Shown: in pieces, positions 27,825 to 37,726 of the stretch | Numbering within the stretch: the stretch's first letter is position 1 | Layout: each line of letters starts with the position of its first letter | Source of the DNA: Octopus sinensis | Taxonomy: Eukaryota | Assembly (NCBI RefSeq): GCF_006345805.1 | Contig: NC_043003.1 | Coordinates: forward strand, 46,066,001-46,130,000 | Length of the DNA stretch: 64,000 nucleotides | Reading direction: 5' to 3' | Notes under the pieces: model-generated | Seen by the model: the letters and a program-made list of their open reading frames with translations, nothing else | Databases searched by the model: none | Told to the model about the DNA's origin: nothing | Translations under genes and position numbers: made by a program

Positions 27825-28954
27825 CTAGCATTAAAGACCCGTCGTTGCCGGGTCATAGTGCTAGTGCATGTATATATGTGTATATATATGTGTACATATT
27901 ACATGTACATCTATATATATACATCTACACATAAAATACAAAATACAAAGTAATATCTTGATATCGCTAGTGATAACAATACTCAAAATATATAACAGAC
28001 TGGAATTGTTAGCCCGTCTCTTGTAATTTCGAACAATTGTATCTTGTCCTCCCTCTTGTATAGAAGTGTGGCTACAATCCAGCCTACCTCTACTTCTGGG
28101 GGGGTGGGTGTATTTTTAATTTTTTTTCCACTTTGCAAGTTCGAGTCGAGTACTCCCTTGCACGCTCCGTTGACTCGAACCTTACTTCTATTGTGGCGAA
28201 TTTACCGCCTCTGATTAGATACCTTTCCTAGTCGCACCAAGACACTTTTCGAAGGTGCTTTCCTCCATGTGTTCAAATCTTTTTTCTCTACATTCTCTAC
28301 TTTATAGACAATAGTCTTTTCTTCAATTTAATTTTTTATTATCCATCTGGACTATTCCATTTCAGCACGCTAATCTTATTTTTAATTTATTCCCATTCAT
28401 GTGAAACCACTTATTCAAGTTCAAATCATTGATGCAATCTCATACCAATTGCTATTTTTACTTTTGCTATGTTACTTTAGTTTGATTTTAATTATTACTT
28501 ACTACATATAATTCAATTGTTATTATTATTTTTATTGTTAAATGAAAGTATCTGACATAAAACAGAGAAACGTTTTTGTTTCACTTTTAACACGTAATAC
28601 TGAAATAGTGGAGAAGATATTATATTGCTATGGGCTCGATCTAGGCAAGAAGTTGAACATTTTTTTTTGCCCATGAAACTACATGGACCCTAAGTAAGCC
28701 ATGTGTAAAATTTGAATGGAATTGGTTGTGTAGTTCTCAAGATTTAGGGAATCGTAGTGGAGAAGATATGATATTGCTATGGGCTCGCTCTAGGCAAGAA
28801 GTTGAACATTTGTTTTGCCGATGACACTCCCCGGACCCAAAGTAAGGCATGTGTAAAATTTGAATGAAATTGGTTGTGTAGTTCTCAAGTTTTAGGGAAA
28901 CACACAGACAGACAGACAGACAGACACACATTCTCAGTTTTATATATATAAAGA
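27825..28954 (-). mobile_element. Non-autonomous Helitron, copy 2 (1130 bp)
   Basis: Same termini as 8278-8992 in reverse: CTAG at 27825-28 and GA at 28953-54, within an A|T context. It carries ~264 extra bp (28014-28277) and a ~149-bp internal tandem duplication (~28606 and ~28755). Confidence 0.88.
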
Positions 28955-29077
28955 TATCTTTAGTTAAATATATTCAATGAGAATATTATATACTGTATTT
29001 ATATCGAGTGCTCTATTGTATCAACTATTAATACTATTAAAGTATTTATATATTTAATACGAGCAATTATATATATA

Positions 29078-29132
<55 letters not shown>

Positions 29133-29306
29133 ATATATATATACATATATATATAGATAGATACATATATAGATTTAAAGACTCATCAAAAGCAGTAATT
29201 TTTATTTTTTTAATTTATAATTCATCTTTCAAACAAACGCCATTTATAGTGTTGCCTCAAAATTAAAAAGAAAACTACCATTCGATATGTTATACAGAAT
29301 TCCAAA

Positions 29307-29402
29307 TTATATCTCTGAAGAGCAGATGCGTTGTCTATAAATGCTTATTAATATAGGATTTCATTATAGGGACAACACTTCTGTGAAACGATCGTAATAT
29401 GT
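29307..29402 (+). ncRNA. Degenerate minimal type I hammerhead ribozyme motif (family 3)
   Basis: CTGAAGA (29315-21). Long stem II: GCAGA/TCTGT, GTTGTC/GACAAC, CTATAA/TTATAG. GAAA (29385-88). Palindromic stem III ACGATCGT with GUA triplet. Stem I is imperfect and the 10.1-11.1 pair is G-U. Confidence 0.6.
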
Positions 29403-30220
29403 TTTAAATACTCAAAAACTTTTCAACTGTCATATACATTATATATTTATACTTATACATATTTACATATATTTTTATACATATATATATATATATTTAT
29501 TTATATACTTTTAATACAGGAATTATTTTTCACGCGTTATAAACATTCACATCCCTACAAGAATACTTATACTAAGCAATTAATCACCAAATAAACACAT
29601 GTCATAAAGAATTTCATATGGGGTACGTGTACACATATATCTATATAAACTACTACAGTTTTCAGAGTAAAAATTATAAAATACGCTAAGAACCTACTCG
29701 GGGAAGAAAAGGAGAAACCGGTTCGCAGACTCCTTCCAACCCCCAACCCCCAGTCACTCTCTCTCTCTCTCTCTCTCTCTCTCCCACTCTATCTATATAT
29801 CCATCTATCTATCTACCTATCTTTGTAACTATATATGTATACATACATATACATATATAAAGGCGGTGGTCTAGCATAGTCACAGTCAAATTACTGAAAG
29901 AAGTAAAAGAACATATATATATATATATGTCTGCATAATTAATTAATAAGGGTGAGAGAATTAGATACTAATTTAATAGTATATTTATTCAACACCAAGT
30001 GGCCTAGTGCTACGAGAAACCTGGATTATTATAATATTTTATAACATATTATAATATTTTTACAAAATAAATATAAGAGAGTGGTCACTATATTGCTCAC
30101 TCTAGCACCAGTTAATCCAAAAGGTTTTCAACCACGAAAATACATGTTTCCCATGAAAGCCAGTACGACTGTTAGCTCACACGACAGGGCAAGTAAAAAA
30201 TAACAAAAATACAGATTATT

Positions 30221-30296
30221 TTGGGACAATTGTTTCGCTATTAATGAATTAAATGTAATATTACTTACAAAAAAATCCATTTAGCTCGTCAGCCAA
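30221..30296 (-). ncRNA. Minimal type I hammerhead ribozyme (family 1, unit 1)
   Basis: Minus strand: TTGG-CTGACGA-GCTA..(long stem II with AATGGA/TTCATT and TGTAA/TTACA)..TAGC-GAAA-C-AATT-G-TC|CCAA. All core residues are present, with G10.1-C11.1, stem I TTGG/CCAA and palindromic stem III ACAATTGT. Confidence 0.88.
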
Positions 30297-30750
30297 GACT
30301 ATCTGGATGAAATCCACTCAAACACACGCCAGATTTTACCATAACGATAAATACGCGTGTGGTTCAATTGATTACATCCGACGTTATAATTCAAATGCCC
30401 CAACCAACAGCGCGCCAAACTTTCACGAAAACAAATACAGCATTTAGAAATAAATGCAGCATAATTGTAATTAATTAATAAGGGTGAGAGAATTAGATAC
30501 TAATTTAATAGTATATTTATTCAACACCAAGTGGCCTAGTGCTACGAGAAACCTGGATTATTATAATATTTTATAACATATTATAATATTTTTACAAAAT
30601 AATATAAGAGAGTGGTCACTATATTGCTCACTCTAGCACCAGTTAATCCAAAAGGTTTCAACCACGAAAATACATGTTTCCCATGAAAGCCAGTACGACT
30701 GTTAGCTCACACGGACAGGGCAAGTAAAAAATACAAAAATACAAATTATT

Positions 30751-30825
30751 TTGGACAATTGTTTCGCTATTAATGAATTAAATGTAATATTACTTACAAA
30801 AATCCATTTGTAGCTCGTCAGCCAA
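30751..30825 (-). ncRNA. Minimal type I hammerhead ribozyme (family 1, unit 2)
   Basis: Same motif with an intact core. One C is missing after GUC, which shortens stem I and may be a homopolymer error. Confidence 0.78.
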
Positions 30826-31368
30826 GACTATCTGGATGAAATCCACTCAAACACACGCCAGATTTTACCATAACGATAAATACGCGTGTGGTTCAATTGA
30901 TTACATCCGACGTTATAATTCAAATGCCCCAACCAACAGCGCGCCAAACTTTCACGGAAAACAAATACAGCATTTAGAAATAAATGCAGCATAATTATAA
31001 TTAATTAATAAGGGTGAGAGAATTAGATACTAATTTAATAGTATATTATTCAACACCAAGTGGCCTAGTGCTACGAGAAACCTGGATTATTATAATATTT
31101 TATAACATATTATAATATTTTTACAAAATAAATATAAGAGAGTGGTCACTATATTGCTCACTCTAGCACCAGTTAATCCAAAAGGTTTTCAACCACGAAA
31201 ATACATGTTTCCCATGAAAGCCAGTACGACTGTTAGCTCAAACGGACAGGGCAAGTAAAAAATAACAAAAATACAGATTATTTTGGGACAATTGTTTCGC
31301 TATTAATGAATTAAATGTAATATTACTTACAAAACATGCATATATATATATATATATACATGTATATA

Positions 31369-31410
<42 letters not shown>

Positions 31411-31485
31411 TACATATATACATACATATGTGGAAATCTATATATATATATATATCTGTAAATATAATATGTGACAATTATTCAG

Positions 31486-32129
31486 TAGCAATGATAAAAC
31501 TCCGAGTTTCGTATGTCAGGGCGGAAACCCACGCCGCCATCTCTTCAGTTATCGGGCCATCGTGAAGTATATTAGGCACTTAAATGTGGCTGGCGTATAT
31601 GGGACGATGCTACTGTAGTTTATAGTCCCTGGAGGACATCTGTTCTAGCTGGATAACGACAAACTGTCTGTGTCCGTTCAATATTTGCGAAGGGAAAACC
31701 CATAGTGATTTCGAACGCAAAATGCAAAAGGCAATTTACATCTCGCTCAGAGATTATTATTGCTTGTTTCTCCCTATTCAATATCAGCGACTTTTAGAGA
31801 CTGGAAAATCATATAGTATTTTGCGTTCGAAATCACTCCTCATCCCCAGCCATTGATTCTCACACACTTATGACGGGTTGCTGCCCAGAAACCGGGATCC
31901 GTGTGTATCAAGTCAGGCTAGAGATAGGTACGATGATTTCCCTTCGCAAATACTGATCGGGCACAGACAGTGTGTCGCTAGCCACCTGGAGGAGCTGTCT
32001 TCCTGACGCTATAAACTACAGTAGCATCGTCCCATGTGTGTTAGCCACATTTAGGTGGCAAATATACAAATATACTTCACGATGCTGTGCTGTTACTGTT
32101 TACATCTCGCTCAGAGATTTATTATTGCT
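31486..32129. mobile_element. Two inverted copies of a short hammerhead-bearing repeat (PLE-like non-autonomous element)
   Basis: 31558-31725 matches the reverse complement of 31818-31837 and ~31937-32084. TTTACATCTCGCTCAGAGATT(T)ATTATTGCT occurs at ~31735 and ~32099. Confidence 0.7.
31493..31553 (-). ncRNA. Minimal type I hammerhead ribozyme (family 2)
   Basis: Minus strand: GATAA-CTGAAGA-G..ATG-GCGG..CCGC..CAT-AC-GAAA-CTCGGAG-TT|TTATC. Stem I GATAA/TTATC is perfect, G10.1-C11.1 is present, stem III is the quasi-palindrome ACTC-G-GAGT, and the triplet is GUU. Confidence 0.75.
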
Positions 32130-32139
32130 ATATATATAT

Positions 32140-33971
32140 CCTTAAATCCTTAAATCCTTAAAAATGTTTTAGCCCGAAGGCCGCGGCCATGCTGGGGCAC
32201 CACCGCTGAATGAGCTACACTAATATGTGAATCCACCTCTGATACGTGGCACTTGATCAAAAAGGGAGTTCGATGCTGCTGCCAGCATCTGCGTCTCCTG
32301 TCGTGAGGTAGGTTCATCTGGGACTCCCGACAAGAAGAGATCCAGTTTAGTTTTAAAGAAACCCACATCCACACCATGTAAGTCTCTCAGGCATTTAGGG
32401 AGGATGTTAAAGAGCTGTGGTCCTCTGAAACCCAAGCTGTTGCAGTATCTGGACCTGTATTTTTATGGTGATGGAAACTTTGGCACCATGCAGTGGCGTA
32501 CCGTTCTGCGGTTGGGGTAACTTTGAATGCCAAAGTTTGGGACAAGACCCTCCAGGATTTTCCAGATGTATATCACCGCATATCTCTCCCGCCTCCGCTC
32601 TAGGGAGAAGAGGTTTAATACTTTCAGTCATTCCCAGTAGCTGATATTTTGCATTGAGACAATTTTCTTTGTGTAACTTCTCAGAATTGCTTCGAGTTCT
32701 GCTTTTAATTTTATATTGTGTAGTGACCATAGTTGGGAGCAGTAGTCCAAGCGGCTGAGGACGAATGTTTTCCAGAGGACCATCAGTGTCTCCTTCTCTC
32801 TTGTTCTGAAAGTTTGGAGAATCCATCCAGCTAGCCGTCTGCATTTTATCACCAGAGTAGTAATATGCACTTGGAAAGATGCATCATTGCTCATGTCAAT
32901 GCCTAGGTCACGCACTGATTTTGACTCAGGGATTGCAATTCTTCCTGGGCCAGTGTATCCAGTCTGTACGTCGTTTACCTTTGTGTGCCGGTAGCGCAGG
33001 ACCTGGAACTTACCTGCACTAAACTGTATGTTGTTGTCCTCAGCCCACCTGTATATTGTGTCCAACTCCTGTTGCAGATGCGCAATATTTTCAGGGTTTT
33101 GTATTGTGTGGGAGACTTTTGTGTCATCTGCATAGCTAGCAAGGGTGGCCATCGTAGCAACTGAAGGCATGTCTGAAAGGGCCACTATGAACATCAGTGG
33201 CCCCAAGACAGTGCCCTGTGGGACACCGCTTGTTATTTGTGTTTCCTTGGAGGTGGCTCCATTGCTCACAGTTGCCTGTATTCTGTCTTTTAGGAAGTTG
33301 TGCAGCCACTCTCCAAGTTTTCCGCCTATGCCGAGACCACGCAGTTTGTGACAGATCATACCGTGGTCGACTTTATCAAAGGCTTTTGCAAAGTCGAGAT
33401 ATATTACATCCACATTTGAGCCATTTAGTAGCTGTTTCAACACCCAGTCATAGTGTTGCAGGAGCTGTATTAGGCAGCTTCTACCTGGTCGAAATCCATG
33501 CTGGGTGTCAGACAGCAAGTCATTTTCTTCAAGGAACATGATTAGTTTCTTACGGACTATTCGTTCCCAGACTTTGCTGATGTGTGAGGTCAGAGAGATA
33601 GGCCTATAATTTTTAGCATCTGCTCTGCTACCTCCATTATGGATAGGGCATATTACCCCCTCTTTCAATTTGACTGGGAGCTTACCACTTGCAAGAAAGC
33701 TCTGAAAAAGAAGCTGTAGCGGTTTTGCAAGGGCTCGTTTGCACGATTTGTGAAGGATCGCTGGGAATCCATCAGGTCCAGCAGCTGAGTTCGTGTCAAT
33801 CTCATCTATGGCTAGTGTGATATCATCATCTTCGATGTTGATGTACTCAATTTTTGCCTCTTTGGCCGCAGGCAAAGTGGCAAAGAATTCTTCTGGGTTG
33901 TTTACTTGCCTGTGTCCTAGAGGTGTAGTGAACACACTTTGGAATTGTTCGTTCAGTATTTCACTTATCCT
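32140..33971 (-). mobile_element. 5'-truncated CR1-group LINE (RT domain, C-terminus, 3' UTR and 8-mer tandem tail)
   Basis: ORF 32628..34013 has AGPDG, NYRPISLTS, QHGFRPGRSC, YLDFAKAFDKVDH, GVPQGTVLGP, YADD, RDLG and RLDYCSQLW. After a stop or shift it continues LERRRERY..GPQLFNILP..FKTKLDLFL to a stop at 32220. The 3' tail is (TTTAAGGA)n at 32139-32163. LINE homology begins at ISEILNEQF (~33970). Confidence 0.93.
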
Positions 33972-34076
33972 ATGCCACACGCTAGGAGGGACTCTTAATG
34001 TCAAAACTACCAAAATAAATAATGTTTATTTATTTTGGTAGTTTTGACTTTAAGATTCCCTCCTACCGTGTGGCAT
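33972..34076. repeat. 105-bp near-perfect palindrome (50-bp arms, 3 mismatches)
   Basis: Left arm ATGCCACACGCTAGGAGGGACTCTTAATGTCAAAACTACCAAAATAAATA pairs with 34027-34076; the loop is ATGTT. Confidence 0.93.
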
Positions 34077-34225
34077 TTATGTATAGTAATGCCCTCTATA
34101 AAATATAAATAACTATATTTAAGAGAAATACTGATGAATTTTTCTTAGTAGGTCTTTCACGCTAACTACATGATAATTCTTATAAATATTTTTATCCTAT
34201 TTTTAAACTGTATATATATATATAT

Positions 34226-34258
<33 letters not shown>

Positions 34259-34320
34259 ATATATATATAATATAAAATATATATATATATATTATATATA
34301 TATATATATATTATACACAG

Positions 34321-34374
<54 letters not shown>

Positions 34375-34445
34375 GTGTATATATACATATATATCTCTTT
34401 TTTTTTTCTTTTTACTTGTTTCAGTCATTTTGACTGCGGCCATAT

Positions 34446-34841
34446 ATCACTTCTTTAACTTTCTAAGACATCTCAACGCTTCTAAAGCAAACTTCGTTTG
34501 TTTGTTTATGTTCATCGAAATTTGAATTTAAGTTATGATAGCGACTCATAAAGCGAGATTTCTATACATCTTACATTTGCGCAAGATTTTGTGGTTTGGG
34601 CGGTTTAGCTTAATTATTCAGAACAACGCGACGCGTAATCACGGAGGTGTGTTCGTGTCTCATAGCCGGCCGCCAACACTTTTTCCTGCAAAATACGGGT
34701 AGCTTATCCTGTTCAGGCTATATTATTAGCATTATCCTCCCTTTGAGAATTTAAAATCACTTCTTTAACTTTCCAAGACATCTCAACGCTTCTAAAGCAA
34801 ATTTCGTTTGTTTGTTTACGTTTATCGTAATTTGAATTTAA
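34446..34841. repeat. 86-bp direct repeat at 310-bp period
   Basis: ATCACTTCTTTAACTTTCYAAGACATCTCAACGCTTCTAAAGCAAA...TTTGAATTTAA at 34446-34531 and 34756-34841. Confidence 0.9.
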
Positions 34842-35449
34842 CATTTATATTTATGTGTATGTATATATATATACATACACACACAAATTACTACATAACT
34901 GTGTTTCCAATTTCGCAACAGAGATTCTATTACTCTATTAAATTTAGATCAAATTTAAATAGTCAAATCTATAGGTTTTCAGATTTTGTTCTCATTTATT
35001 TTTCGAAATATTTCTATTTCAATGTTTTGCATATAAGTGTCCATTCAATATATTCATTAATGACATTCCAAGCGTTGATTTAGATTTTGTTAAAGATTCA
35101 TTATTCATTTAGGTTGTCTGATATATAAGACACCCAGTTGTGATTTGTGAGAATTCTGGCTGCTACATACAGCCTGCCGTACCAGCTTGTAAAATTTCTT
35201 TTCCCTGGTTTATTGTAGAAACATTAAAAGTGTCCAAGATATAATACTGGGCAATGGTGATCTATTCATCTGTAAACTGTCATTCGCTCATATTGTTTGT
35301 TAAATTCAGTTAGGAAATAATATATGTGGCTGCTCTACTGTAATATTGTGTGACTCTGGTTCATTGTCTGTATTTTCGCTGCTACGAGAAGAAATAATTT
35401 CAGTTGGTACTGGTTGTAGTTATCGCTTTTATTGAATGAATCGAACTGT

Positions 35450-35469
35450 AAAGAAGAAGAAGAAGAAGA

Positions 35470-35513
<44 letters not shown>

Positions 35514-35822
35514 CAGCAGCAGCAGCAGCAGAGCAGCGGCGGTGGTGGTGGTGGTAGTGGTAGTAGTAGTAGTAGTAGAAGAGTAGGAGAAGAAGAAGAG
35601 TAGGAGAAGAAGAAGAAAGAGAAGAAGAGTGGGGGAGGAGAAGAAGAAGAAGAAGAGTGGGAGGAGAAAGAGGAGGAGAAGTGTGGGAGGAGGAGAAGAA
35701 GAAAAGGAGGAGGAGGGGGAGGAGGAGGAGGAGGAGGAGAGGAAGAAGAAGAAGAAGAAGAAGAAGAAGAAGAAGAAGAAGAAGAAGAAGAAGAAGAAGA
35801 AGAAGAAGAAGAAGAAGAAGAA
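35450..35822. repeat. (GAA)n/(TAG)n/(GGA)n compound microsatellite
   Basis: Read directly; the source of poly-K/R/L ORFs. Confidence 0.95.
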
Positions 35823-36349
35823 CTCTGAGAGCTGCAGTTAAAAACAAGAAGAAAGAGGAGGCAGAAGAAAAATAAACTCAGGGCTAGATAGATATTGAAT
35901 GACTTGAAAAGAGAGACAAGCTTTGGAAACCGATAAAATACAGAAGGAAAAAAAGATCTGACGTTGGCAGCAAATACAATAAATAAATATTAATTTATTA
36001 CCGAAAATCTATTCACAAATTCACGCCTCCAACAATTCTGTTATATATAAAGGTAAATAAAATACGTATCTGAATGGTATGTGGAACATAAGGACTTGTG
36101 AAGTTGGTAAAAAGAAGTGAATTTAAATAAAGACCAATATAGAATGAATAAACTCTATTACAAAGTGTGTATTGTTGTATCGTTTTAGCATCAAGCATTG
36201 TAGGGTGATTGAGGTCCTATAGAGGAGCCTAAAGCTAGGAAACTATTCACAGTTCTTACATAATAAATGCCTTGGCTAGTTGGTTGGTTCGTTGGTTGGT
36301 TCCTTGCTCGCTTGGTTTGTTGATTTCTGCAGTCATTCTTTGCATCGTG

Positions 36350-36382
<33 letters not shown>

Positions 36383-36708
36383 ATATAATATATATATATA
36401 TTGTGAATAGAAAGATGAATAATCTTGTGCAGATTAATCAAAAGTTTAACCGATACCTTGGTAGCAAAAATCACAGCAGAAGACAGTTTGGCATGGGCTA
36501 TTAGGAGCCTCGTTCGATTTGTTTTGCTCCGCCTCTGTTCTGTTTTTGTTTTTCCAACGGATTTCCTATTTCTTCCTGAAGAGAAAGACACAATATGGTT
36601 TCCTTATTCAATCGGAATTTGGTAAATTGTGGCTTTCGAAACACGTGTAGAATGCAATAAACGATTTCTGTTCAATCTTCGTTCAACTCCATTTCTTCAA
36701 TTCACTAA

Positions 36709-36751
<43 letters not shown>

Positions 36752-36829
36752 TATATGTGTGTGTGTGTGCGCGCGCGCGTGAATATATATGTATATATAT
36801 ATACATACATATACATGTATAAATACATA

Positions 36830-37460
36830 GCGCAGGCATGGCTGTGTGGTGAGAAGCTTGCTTCCCAACCACATGGTTCACGGTTCAGTCCTACTGCGAT
36901 GAAACTCGGATAAGGGTTTCCTGCTATACCCTCGGGCCAAATAAAGCCTTGTGAATGGATTTGGTTGACAGAAACTGAAACTAGCCGGTCGTATATATGC
37001 GTGTGTGTGTGTGTGTGCGTGTGTGTGTGTGTGTGTGCGTGTGTGTGTGTGTGCGTGTGGGTGTGTTTCTTTGTGTCTGTGTTTGTCCTCCCCATCACCA
37101 CATGACAACTGGTGCTGGTGTGTTTACATCCCCGTAACTTAGTGGTTCGGCAAATATGAACGATAGAATAAGTACCAGGCTTTTTATAAAAATAAGCTCT
37201 AGGGTTGATACATTCGGTTTAAAAATTCTTCAAGGGGGTGCTCCAGCATGGCCGCAGTCTGATAACTAAAAAGAAGAAAAAGAAATGTGGTGGTGTGGTA
37301 AGTAGCTTGCTTACCAACCGCATGGCTCCGGGTTAAGTCCCACTGCGTCGCGCCTTGAGCAAGTGTCTTTTACAATAGCCTTGGGCCGACCAAAGCCTTG
37401 TGAGTGGATATGATAGACGGAAACTGAAAGAAATCCGTCGCATATAATATGTGTATGTGT
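36830..37460 (+). mobile_element. SINE family C (full copy) followed by a head-only copy
   Basis: Head, internal (GT)n and tail GGTGCTCCAGCATGGCCGCAGTC; a second head begins at ~37286. Confidence 0.85.
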
Positions 37461-37684
37461 GTGTATGAATATATTTCTATTCAATAACAGCCGATATCAG
37501 TTATAGATATTGGATGGCTCGTTGTTTGATATCTCCAGTTAAGATTTATATAGATTCACTTGAAGTGAATCTAACGGTTTTTGTGTGTTTCTTAAATGGA
37601 TTATAAACACCTTCCACGCTGCAATTGTTTTCGTTTCAGCACAAGATTTCAGGTTAAGTAACTCGCTATGCAAGTACATCTCCG

Positions 37685-37726
<42 letters not shown>

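Larger units (their letters stand above)
29933..31334 (-). repeat. Tandem array of ~530-bp units (~2.6 copies), each carrying a hammerhead motif; retrozyme-like or PLE pseudo-LTR-like
   Basis: AATTAATAAGGGTGAGAG recurs at 29941, 30473 and 31003. Units are near-identical apart from 1-bp indels. The ORF track lists no ORF of 60 aa or more within the units; the one ending at 31238 starts in the flanking microsatellite. Confidence 0.93.

Noticed and set aside
29933-31334. CRISPR array or LTR interpretation of the tandem units
   Set aside because: There are no unique spacers and no TG..CA ends, PBS or PPT; the context is eukaryotic.
22464-37540. Idea that the RLE endonuclease fragment (22.4 kb) and the RT fossil (37.5-40 kb) are one element split by insertions
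   Set aside because: Decay levels are very different and the gap is 15 kb; not supportable without alignment to a consensus.
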